DNA from: Hyphococcus sp. | Lineage (GTDB): Bacteria > Pseudomonadota > Alphaproteobacteria > Caulobacterales > Parvularculaceae | Direction: 5' to 3' | NCBI GenBank assembly: GCA_965267325.1 | Contig: OZ253943.1 | Location: 2,322,627 to 2,386,626 of the forward strand | DNA: 64,000 nucleotides | Shown: piece after piece, positions 18,014 through 26,165 of the stretch | How the letters are laid out: every line of letters begins with the position of its first letter | Numbering within the stretch: the stretch's first letter is position 1 | Made by a program: the position numbers and the translations under genes | Notes under the pieces: model-generated | What the model saw: the letters and a program-made list of their open reading frames with translations, nothing else | What the model was told of the DNA's origin: nothing | The model's database searches: none

Positions 18014-19822
18014 TCATCGCTGCACCAGATAGTCGGGCGAAGTCATCGCCATTAAAACGGCGATCTGAACCCGAAAGCGCGCGCCGTCATAATCAGGATC
18101 GCCGTTTGCAAGCGGAATGTTCTGAAGCGCCGCATCAATATCCGCCTTGGTTTCATCAGACATCATGCCGTAGGTGAGGAGCTCATCGAGGCGGTCAATC
18201 AGCGCGGAAGGATTATCCGCCAGCGCGATTTCGGCCGAATAATCCGGACGCAGACTGTTGCGCGCATCGTCAGCGGAAACAAATGCGTTGTCCTGCGCGA
18301 ACTGGGCAAATTCCAGCGCGAAGAATGTCATGTAATTGGCGTAACCGGCAACGCTTGACGCATTGACGATCTGCAGTTCGGGAACTGTAAGACCCGCCGC
18401 CCCCGACTGGGTGCCCGGCGCCACATAACCCGGACGATAAAAATTAAAGACCGACGGCGCGCGATAAGGATGTTGGGCAAGGGCGCTCGGGCTCGATGCG
18501 TCCCAAAGAACGATAGTGTGTTCAGGCGTCACCGACTGCGCATTAAAAGCCCGCGCCCAGTTGACGAAACGCAAGACCGGCTCGCGGACCTTGCCGAACG
18601 TGTCGGCCGCCATCGCCGCGTCTGAGCGCGCTTCATCATCGAACAATACGGCGGCGATGGTCGCTGCAAGATCGCCGCGTACGCCGGCTCCGACATTTGT
18701 CCCGTCGGGCAGCGCATAAGTCCCAGCATTAAACGCCGCTGCGACGCGGCCCACATAGGCCGGAGACGGATCGCTGGTTACAAAGCGCTGGATCAATTGA
18801 CGCCCGATAAACGGTCCCACATTCGGATGATCGAAGATCGCATCGAGGGCCATGTCGATGCTTTCCGTCCCGCCGGCGCCGGCGGGAATGGTTGTCCCGA
18901 GAAATGATTTTTCAAGGTCGGAATGAAAAGCTGGAAACACCCGCATGGGCGATGTCAATGCGCCCTGGGTGATGTCGTCAAAGCGGAAGAAAAAATTCGG
19001 CGTATCGAGACTAAGCCCGGTGAACACTCTCGCCAGCCCGGTGATGTCATCATTCGTATACGTTTCAACCGGTTCGCCGCCGCTCATCACCGGCTCGCCG
19101 TCGGGACCCAACTCAATGAGGCCGATCGAAAACAGCTGCATAACCTCACGCGCGTAGTTTTCATCCGGCACGCGACCCGTCGCTGGATCGCCTTTCTGAT
19201 TTTGCAAATAGGTGAGGAAGTACCCCATCGCGGGAGAGTAGGTAACTTCTTCAAGGAGATCGCGGTAATTGCCCAGCGCGTTACGGGTTAATATGTCCTG
19301 ATAATAGCCGACCGATTCCGGAAAGATCAGCAACTCATCAACCGTCGTTGAGATGACAAGGATTTCAGACAGCGCAAACGCCATACGCTGGCGCAATTGA
19401 TCATCGGCGGAAATGGCGTTGCGCCAGAATGCCATGCCCGGAGCGCTGTAGGAAAAAAACCCGCGCTCGCCGACAGGATCCATTGCCTCATCCTGCGCGA
19501 TAATCGCCTGAATATATGGCAGGTGCAGCGTCGCCGGCTTGCCAAGCTCAGCAACAAACCAGTCAGAGGCTTCCGAACCGGTAAGCTGCGCAACATCTGT
19601 TTCGGTCGGCCCGAAAGTCGACTGGGTGAGAAACCTTGCGGTCTTCGCCTGCGTATCGAAAACGCTGGAAGGCGGTGGAGGGGGCGGCGGAGGGGGCGGC
19701 GTGGGTCCCCCCGTCGGCGGCGGCGACCCGCCGCCTGATCCGCTCTCGGAACAACTCGCGACCAGCGCAATGCTGACAATAGCCGCAACGAAGCGGCCAA
19801 CACGCCTTTGCGTTCGCGCCAT
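18014..19822 (-). CDS. DUF1800 family lipoprotein with a poly-Pro tether
   Basis: Lipobox ALVASC then P-rich run; RFL-x-QSTFG, QLRQRMAFALSEI, PDENYAREVMQLFSIG, FVTSDPSPAYV and GKVREP motifs. Confidence 0.9.
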   Translation of the reverse strand: MARTQRRVGRFVAAIVSIALVASCSESGSGGGSPPPTGGPTPPPPPPPPPPSSVFDTQAKTARFLTQSTFGPTETDVAQLTGSEASDWFVAELGKPATLHLPYIQAIIAQDEAMDPVGERGFFSYSAPGMAFWRNAISADDQLRQRMAFALSEILVISTTVDELLIFPESVGYYQDILTRNALGNYRDLLEEVTYSPAMGYFLTYLQNQKGDPATGRVPDENYAREVMQLFSIGLIELGPDGEPVMSGGEPVETYTNDDITGLARVFTGLSLDTPNFFFRFDDITQGALTSPMRVFPAFHSDLEKSFLGTTIPAGAGGTESIDMALDAIFDHPNVGPFIGRQLIQRFVTSDPSPAYVGRVAAAFNAGTYALPDGTNVGAGVRGDLAATIAAVLFDDEARSDAAMAADTFGKVREPVLRFVNWARAFNAQSVTPEHTIVLWDASSPSALAQHPYRAPSVFNFYRPGYVAPGTQSGAAGLTVPELQIVNASSVAGYANYMTFFALEFAQFAQDNAFVSADDARNSLRPDYSAEIALADNPSALIDRLDELLTYGMMSDETKADIDAALQNIPLANGDPDYDGARFRVQIAVLMAMTSPDYLVQR

Positions 19823-20060
19823 CACGAACTCCTCACCCGGCGGCGCGCAACTAACCCGCACCCGCCTGTTACAGTGTTCAACGGACGAAGGCTCTAATTC
19901 CGTCGAACGTTCGCGCCGTTACTGTGATCGCTAATTTTCACGCGACCGTGAATGCGGTCTGCTCGATTTTAACGATCCGGCGCCGCCGGCTTTGCCGCAT
20001 CGCTACGGGGCCCATGAGACCGGCCTTCGCGACGGCGACAAACCATGCTATATCTGATTC

Positions 20061-20077
20061 CGATATAGTCTATATCG
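20061..20077. promoter_or_regulatory. Palindromic operator candidate upstream of padR
   Basis: CGATATAG-T-CTATATCG perfect 8-bp arms, 46 nt before the padR start. Confidence 0.5.
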
Positions 20078-20123
20078 TATTCCGATGTAGCGCAAGTGAG
20101 CGATTGTTAAGGCGCAAAAACAC

Positions 20124-20450
20124 ATGTCCGAAAACTGGTCGCGGCAAATGAGAAAAGGCCTCGCAGAAGTCTGCGTTCTGGCGTCTTTGCGCGATGAAGA
20201 AGCCTATGGCTATGCAATTCTAAAAAAACTGTCAGCTGCCGGAACATTGTCGTTTACAGAGAGCACCATCTATCCGGTGCTGGCGAAACTCGCCGACGAC
20301 GGCGACGTCGTGGTGCGCAATGCAGCCTCGCCATCGGGACCTGTGCGACGCTACTATCGGCTGACCGCAAAGGGAAAAAGGCGGCTCACGGAGCTTGTCG
20401 CAAACTGGCGGGAACTGCGCGACAATGTCGATATGTATCTGGGAGGGTGA
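20124..20450 (+). CDS. PadR-family transcriptional regulator
   Basis: QMRKG-x-x-E-x-CVL, YGY-x-I, ESTIYP-x-L and RRYY-x-LT-x-KG motifs. Confidence 0.9.
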   Translation: MSENWSRQMRKGLAEVCVLASLRDEEAYGYAILKKLSAAGTLSFTESTIYPVLAKLADDGDVVVRNAASPSGPVRRYYRLTAKGKRRLTELVANWRELRDNVDMYLGG

Positions 20451-20453
20451 CGG

Positions 20454-20951
20454 ATGACCTTGTTTAAAAATCTGCCGCCTCAGGAGCAGTCGCAGATCCG
20501 CAATTTTCTCGCCTCCGTCGAAACCGACATGCGACGCACCGGCGCGGCAGAAACCAATATCACCGCCGTTCGCGACGCCTTGTCGGAACAGATTTACGAC
20601 GCCCGCGCGGAAGCCGGCGACGGCGCCGACCTTGCGCAGATTCTGAAGTCCATCGATCCACCCTATTCATTCGCCGATGCAGACGCTGCGGAAACCGGGC
20701 CGCGGGACGCCGCGCTAATCGGCAAGCTTAGTCTGGGCTTGGCGATCCTCGGCGTAGTCGCCGTCGTCTTGTCCCAGTTCGGCGGGAAAGACATTGCAGA
20801 CCGCGTCGGCGGTCCGGCCTTTTTGTTCAGCGAGATTCTCGCTGTCTGTCTCGGCTTCCTCGCCCGCGCCACCACGATTGGACGCGCCGGCCTTGTCTGC
20901 GGCCTTGCCTGTCTATCGCTGCTTGTTGTTGTGATGGCGTTAGGGGGATAG
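20454..20951 (+). CDS. PadR-associated membrane protein (HAAS/DUF1700-like N-terminus)
   Basis: Helical N-terminus (FLASVE...L...I-x-x-P-x-x-FA) plus 3 TM helices, 3 nt after padR. Confidence 0.6.
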   Translation: MTLFKNLPPQEQSQIRNFLASVETDMRRTGAAETNITAVRDALSEQIYDARAEAGDGADLAQILKSIDPPYSFADADAAETGPRDAALIGKLSLGLAILGVVAVVLSQFGGKDIADRVGGPAFLFSEILAVCLGFLARATTIGRAGLVCGLACLSLLVVVMALGG

Positions 20952-21050
20952 ACGTCGCCCGACTTTCGGTTCGATCACGCGACCTGGAACCATCCTCATT
21001 GCATCGCGCGAAAACTTGCAGTGGCGCCCGAGACGCGTAGAAACCTCTTC

Positions 21051-22421
21051 ATGCCCGCCAATCTTGACGCCCGCGCCGCCATGAACGCCCTTCGGGGACC
21101 GGTGCGCCTGCGCACGCTGACAACCTTGCGCTGGCTCGCTGTTGGCGGACAAACGCTCGCCATCGCAGGGGTGCATTTCGGCATCGGCTTTCAAACGCCC
21201 CTTGGTCTTTGCATCATGGCGATCGCCGCCAGCGCCTGGCTTAATCTGTTCACGGCGCTGCGCTTTTCACCGCAACGCTTTCTCACCGATCGTGAGGCGG
21301 CGGCCTATATCGCTTATGACATTGTGCAACTCTGCGCGCTGCTCGCTCTTACCGGCGGACTGCTCAATCCATTTTCTGCGCTGATCATCGCGCCGGTGAT
21401 GATTGCAGCCAGCTTCCTGACATTGCGCTACACTATTCTCATTGCCTCGCTCGCTCTCGCCGGCGTTGGCGTCCTCGCTCTTTATCATATGCCGTTGCCG
21501 TGGCGGCCGGGCGAAACGCTTGATCTAGCTCCGATCTATAAGTTCGGCGTGTGGGCGGCGCTTTCGTTTTCGGTGATGTTCTTTGCCGCCTACGCCCATC
21601 GCATCGCCGCTGAATCGGCGCAGATGCGCTCGGCCCTCGCCGCGACGCAATTAGTGCTTGAACGCGAGCAGCGCCTGTCGGCTCTCGGCGGGCTCGCCGC
21701 CGCGGCCGCTCATGAACTTGGCACGCCGCTCGCCACGATCCAGCTCACAGCGCGCGAAATGCAGCGCGAACTCGAAGACGATGAGGCGCTCGGCGAGGAC
21801 GCGGCGCTGTTGGTCGAACAGGCCAAGCGCTGCCGCGAAATTCTCGGGCGTCTTTCTCAACATGGCGAGGCGGGCGACGCCATCCATGACCGCATCGACG
21901 TTGTCGGCCTGTTGAAAGAAGCAGCAGCGCCTTTTGTTGAAAAACCAACCGGGCCTGACATTCGTATAGAGACAGAGAGCGGCGACGGCGCGCCGGAACC
22001 TTTGCTGCGGCGGCGCCCGGAGATTGTCTATGGGCTTCGCAACTTCATCGAGAATGCTGTCGGTTTTGCCAGAAGCGACGTGCGCATCGCCGCGGTCTGG
22101 ACGGGGACGCAACTCGACATTGCGATTGAGGACGACGGTCCCGGATTCTCCGCAGAAGTCCTCGCCCGCCTTGGCGAGCCCTATGTTTCGAGCCGCTTCG
22201 CCGCCCGGCGCACCGACGGCCCCCGCGCCGCCAGCACTCGCACCGGCGGCATGGGCCTCGGCTTTTTTATCGCCAAATCGCTCCTCGAACGGACCGGCGC
22301 AGCGATTTCGTGGGCAAATCGGGACGGACGCGGGGCGCAGGTCGGCATATCCTGGGCGATTTCTGAGATCGCCGCCGAACCGCTCACGCCGGAAGCCTCA
22401 ATACCCAATGCAAACGCTTGA
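21051..22421 (+). CDS. regB: Redox sensor histidine kinase RegB/PrrB/ActS (alternative GTG start at 21021)
   Basis: LRWLA, quinone-binding GGLLNPF, H-box AAAAHELGTPL, redox Cys RCREIL, NFIENA, DDGPGF and GMGLGFFIA motifs. Confidence 0.95.
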   Translation: MPANLDARAAMNALRGPVRLRTLTTLRWLAVGGQTLAIAGVHFGIGFQTPLGLCIMAIAASAWLNLFTALRFSPQRFLTDREAAAYIAYDIVQLCALLALTGGLLNPFSALIIAPVMIAASFLTLRYTILIASLALAGVGVLALYHMPLPWRPGETLDLAPIYKFGVWAALSFSVMFFAAYAHRIAAESAQMRSALAATQLVLEREQRLSALGGLAAAAAHELGTPLATIQLTAREMQRELEDDEALGEDAALLVEQAKRCREILGRLSQHGEAGDAIHDRIDVVGLLKEAAAPFVEKPTGPDIRIETESGDGAPEPLLRRRPEIVYGLRNFIENAVGFARSDVRIAAVWTGTQLDIAIEDDGPGFSAEVLARLGEPYVSSRFAARRTDGPRAASTRTGGMGLGFFIAKSLLERTGAAISWANRDGRGAQVGISWAISEIAAEPLTPEASIPNANA

Positions 22422-22487
22422 AATTACTCGCCCGTCGGCGCATTTAAGACGCACTCTAAGTAACGACAAAGACGAACAGATCCGGAC

Positions 22488-23057
22488 ATGACCAGCCTTG
22501 ACGATGCTCGCGACGAAGACGCCACCCTGCCCCAGGACGCAACCCTCCTGATCGTCGATGATGACGAGCCTTTCCGCACCCGTCTCGGCCGGGCCATGGA
22601 AAAGCGCGGCTTTCAACCGATCCTCGCTGCCGGCGTCGCTGACGCTGGCGGGATTTTGAAGGAGATCGCCCCGGCCTTCGCCGTTGTCGACCTGCGTCTT
22701 GAAGACGGCGACGGTCTCGACGTCGTCAACCGCATTCACGACAAGCGCGAAGACTGCCGCGTGGTGATGCTCACTGGCTACGGCAATATCGCCACGGCCG
22801 TCGCCGCAGTAAAAGCCGGCGCCATTGATTATCTGCCGAAACCGGCTGACGCCGATGATGTGCAAAAGGCGCTGCTGGCCAAACCTGGCGAACGACCGGA
22901 CCCGCCGGAAAACCCGATGTCCGCCGACCGCATTCGCTGGGAGCATATTCAGCGCGTATACGAACTATGCGATCACAATGTGTCAGAGACGGCCCGCCGT
23001 CTCGGCATGCACCGACGCACGCTGCAGCGCATCCTGGCCAAACGCGCACCGCGATAG
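22488..23057 (+). CDS. regA: Response regulator RegA/PrrA/ActR
   Basis: Receiver domain VVDLRL and LTGYGNIATAV; C-terminal RWEHIQRVYELC-x-x-NVSETARRL-x-MHRRTLQRILAKR. Confidence 0.97.
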   Translation: MTSLDDARDEDATLPQDATLLIVDDDEPFRTRLGRAMEKRGFQPILAAGVADAGGILKEIAPAFAVVDLRLEDGDGLDVVNRIHDKREDCRVVMLTGYGNIATAVAAVKAGAIDYLPKPADADDVQKALLAKPGERPDPPENPMSADRIRWEHIQRVYELCDHNVSETARRLGMHRRTLQRILAKRAPR

Positions 23058-23231
23058 GGCGTGCCCGTAATTTTTGCGCAGCCGGCCGCGACCAAGCCTT
23101 AGCAGAATCGGTCACTTAGCGGCAAAGCGTTGCAATCAAACGGCAAACTGACAAGCTGCTGCTTGACCCGTGCATCGGTCGATTGGATGTTGCCCCGTTT
23201 TCTTCTGGGGCCACAGACTGGAGCTTGTATC

Positions 23232-25958
23232 ATGAAACTTCTCCCCGCGATTTTGGGGGCCGGCGCGCTCGCCTTATCGGCGACAGCGAACGCTGCCGAT
23301 ATCGAAATCCCTTATGATAAATTCGAACTCGACAATGGCTTGACGGTAATCGTGCACGAAGACCGCAAAGCGCCCGTTGTCGCTGTTTCGGTTTGGTACA
23401 AGGTCGGCTCAAAGGACGAGCCCAAAGGAAAATCCGGTTTCGCCCACTTGTTTGAACATCTGATGTTCAACGGGACGGAAAACTATGACGATGAATGGTT
23501 CAAACCGCTGCAGGAAGTCGGCGCCACGGGCCTTAACGGTACGACCAATACGGACCGTACGAATTACTTCCAGACCGTGCCGACGCCTGCGCTCGATCGC
23601 ATCTTGTGGATGGAATCAGACCGCATGGGTCACTTCATCGGCGCAGTAACGCAGGACAAACTCGACGAACAGCGCGGCGTCGTCCAAAACGAAAAACGTC
23701 AGGGCGAAAACCAACCCTATGGTCGTCGGGTCTTCACGAATATTCAGTCATCGCTGTTTCCGTTCGACCATCCCTATCATCACTCGACCATCGGCTCGAT
23801 GGATGATCTCAACGCGGCGTCGCTGGACGACGTAAAGGATTGGTTTGAAACCTATTACGGGCCGTCCAACGCCATTCTCGTTCTTGCCGGCGACATCAAC
23901 GCCGAAGAAGCGCGCCCGCTTGTCGAGAAATATTTCGGCGACATCGAAGCCGGCCCGCCTCTGACCAAGTGGGACGCCTGGGTGCCGCAGCGCGAAGCCA
24001 ACACCCGCGCCGCAATGTATGATCGGGTGCCGCAAGCGCGTATTTACCGCGTCTGGGTGTCGCCGCCGGACACCGAGCCCGTTTCAACCGATCTCTTTAT
24101 CGCTGCAAGCGTTCTCGGCGACGGCAAGAACTCCCGTCTCTACAAGGATCTTGTTTACGATCAGCAGATCGCCACCGACGTCAGCGTTTTCAACTTCGAA
24201 CTGCAGATGGCGTCGATTTTCGGCGTAATCGTCTCTGTGAAGGAAGGCGAAACGGTTGAAAATGTCGAGAGTGAAATGGAACGCGTCATCGATCAGTTCC
24301 TTTCTCGAGGTCCCACCCGTGACGAGGTGGCGCTTGTCTCGACCAAGACCAAAGCCCGGATCATTCGCGGCCTGGAAGAAGTCGGCGGTTTTGGCGGCAA
24401 AGCGGTTACCCTCGCCCAGGGCGAGCTCTTGGCGGGCGATCCTGCTTATTTTGCAACAGAACTCGACGAACTTGACGCCGCAACGCCCAAGGGCGTTCTC
24501 GCCGCCGCCCAAGACTGGCTTGGCGACGGGTGGCACCAGCTCGACGTTCTTCCGTTTGCAGATTATTCCGCAAAACCGGAAGGCGTCGATCGCTCGACCG
24601 GCCTGCCGGGCGTCAACGCCGAAACAACCCTCGCCTTCCCGCAAATCGAGGAAACGACGCTTTCCAACGGCATGAAGGTTTTTCTCGCCAACCGCACCAC
24701 GGTGCCCGTCGTTGAAATCGCGATGCAATTTGACGCCGGTTATGCGGCGGACGCCGGCGGTAAACTGGGTCTTGCGAATTTCACGGCGGACATGCTCGAT
24801 GAGGGCGCCGGGCGATATGACGCGCTCGGTCTCGCCGCTGCGCTGGAACGGTTAGGCGCCACGATCAGCGCCGGATCGAACCTTGACGCGACGTCCGTTC
24901 GCCTTTCGGCGCTTAAGGAAAATCTTGGCGCGTCCGTCGCAATCCTTGGCGACGTTGTGCGTCGGCCGACCTTCGCCGATGAAGAAATTGAGCGTCAGCG
25001 CACGTTGATCCTCAATTCGATCCAGCAGGAAAAGGCGAACCCGGTGTCGATCGCCGTACGTTTGTTGCCGCCGCTTATCTACGGCGACGATCACGCATAC
25101 GGCATTCCGCTCACCGGATCGGGGGTCGAAGAGGTCGTGGAAAACATATCTCGCGATGATCTTGTCGCTTTTAAAGAGACGTGGATGCGTCCTGATAACG
25201 GCGCCATCTTTGTCGCCGGCGATGCGACCATGGCGGAAATCAAGCCGCTGCTGGAACGCGCCTTTGGCTCGTGGAGCGCCTCAGGCGACGCACCAACCAA
25301 GCAGATCGCGGAAACCGCCCTGCCTGACGGTCAGCGTACGGTCTTGATCGATCGCCCGGGCTCCGAGCAGTCCTTTATCCTTGCCGGCCATGCGGCGCCG
25401 CCCACCGGCGCTCCAAACAATATCGCCATCAGCGCCATGAATGAGATTTTCGGCGGCGGCTTCGTTTCCCGCGTCAATCTCAATCTGCGCGAAGACAAAG
25501 GCTGGTCTTATGGATCGCGCACCTTGATCCTCGACGCGAAAGGCCAACGGCCGTTTATCGTCTTCGCGCCGGTGCAGACTGACAAAACCGGCGAGTCGCT
25601 GGCGGAGATTAAAAAAGAGTACGCCGCTTATCTCGGCGACAAACCGGCGACCGCCGACGAATTGAACCGGGTGGTGCTCGACAATGTGCGCTCTTTGCCC
25701 GGACAGTATGAAACCGCCGGCGCCGTTCTTGGCAGTATGCTTTCTTCAAGCCGATACGGACGCCCGCTCAACTACCCCGAGACGCTTCCGGAGAAATACC
25801 GGACCCTGTCTCCGAGCGACATTGCCGCGGCGGCAGATGAAGTTCTCGCGCCTGACAGTCTCGTCTGGGTAATCATCGGCGATGCGGAAAAAGTCCGCGC
25901 TGAAGTCGAAGCCGCCGGCGTCGGCCCCGTCGAAGTAAGGTCGATGAGCGACCTTTGA
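23232..25958 (+). CDS. Secreted M16 (pitrilysin-like) zinc protease, two-halves fused
   Basis: Signal peptide; inverted zincin H-x-x-E-H motif GFAHLFEHLMF; NGTT-x-x-DRTNYF; second half LNLNLREDKGWSYG. Confidence 0.92.
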   Translation: MKLLPAILGAGALALSATANAADIEIPYDKFELDNGLTVIVHEDRKAPVVAVSVWYKVGSKDEPKGKSGFAHLFEHLMFNGTENYDDEWFKPLQEVGATGLNGTTNTDRTNYFQTVPTPALDRILWMESDRMGHFIGAVTQDKLDEQRGVVQNEKRQGENQPYGRRVFTNIQSSLFPFDHPYHHSTIGSMDDLNAASLDDVKDWFETYYGPSNAILVLAGDINAEEARPLVEKYFGDIEAGPPLTKWDAWVPQREANTRAAMYDRVPQARIYRVWVSPPDTEPVSTDLFIAASVLGDGKNSRLYKDLVYDQQIATDVSVFNFELQMASIFGVIVSVKEGETVENVESEMERVIDQFLSRGPTRDEVALVSTKTKARIIRGLEEVGGFGGKAVTLAQGELLAGDPAYFATELDELDAATPKGVLAAAQDWLGDGWHQLDVLPFADYSAKPEGVDRSTGLPGVNAETTLAFPQIEETTLSNGMKVFLANRTTVPVVEIAMQFDAGYAADAGGKLGLANFTADMLDEGAGRYDALGLAAALERLGATISAGSNLDATSVRLSALKENLGASVAILGDVVRRPTFADEEIERQRTLILNSIQQEKANPVSIAVRLLPPLIYGDDHAYGIPLTGSGVEEVVENISRDDLVAFKETWMRPDNGAIFVAGDATMAEIKPLLERAFGSWSASGDAPTKQIAETALPDGQRTVLIDRPGSEQSFILAGHAAPPTGAPNNIAISAMNEIFGGGFVSRVNLNLREDKGWSYGSRTLILDAKGQRPFIVFAPVQTDKTGESLAEIKKEYAAYLGDKPATADELNRVVLDNVRSLPGQYETAGAVLGSMLSSSRYGRPLNYPETLPEKYRTLSPSDIAAAADEVLAPDSLVWVIIGDAEKVRAEVEAAGVGPVEVRSMSDL

Positions 25959-25983
25959 TTTCTGGCGCACAATGCAAACTGAA

Positions 25984-26018
25984 GGCCGGCCTCGGAAACG
26001 GGGCCGGTTTTCTATTTT
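25984..26018 (+). terminator. Rho-independent terminator
   Basis: CCGGCCTC-GGAAAC-GGGGCCGG hairpin followed by TTTTCTATTTT. Confidence 0.75.
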
Positions 26019-26165
26019 GCGCCATCGTATTTTCTTTCTACCGGACCAGCAAAACTGTGATGACGTATTGAAAGCGTAGAATTTGGTTCGTCACACGCTT
26101 TTGTTATGTTCGCCTGCCAATGATCCGCATTAAAAAAAAGTACTGCGCCAACGGAGGGATATTTG

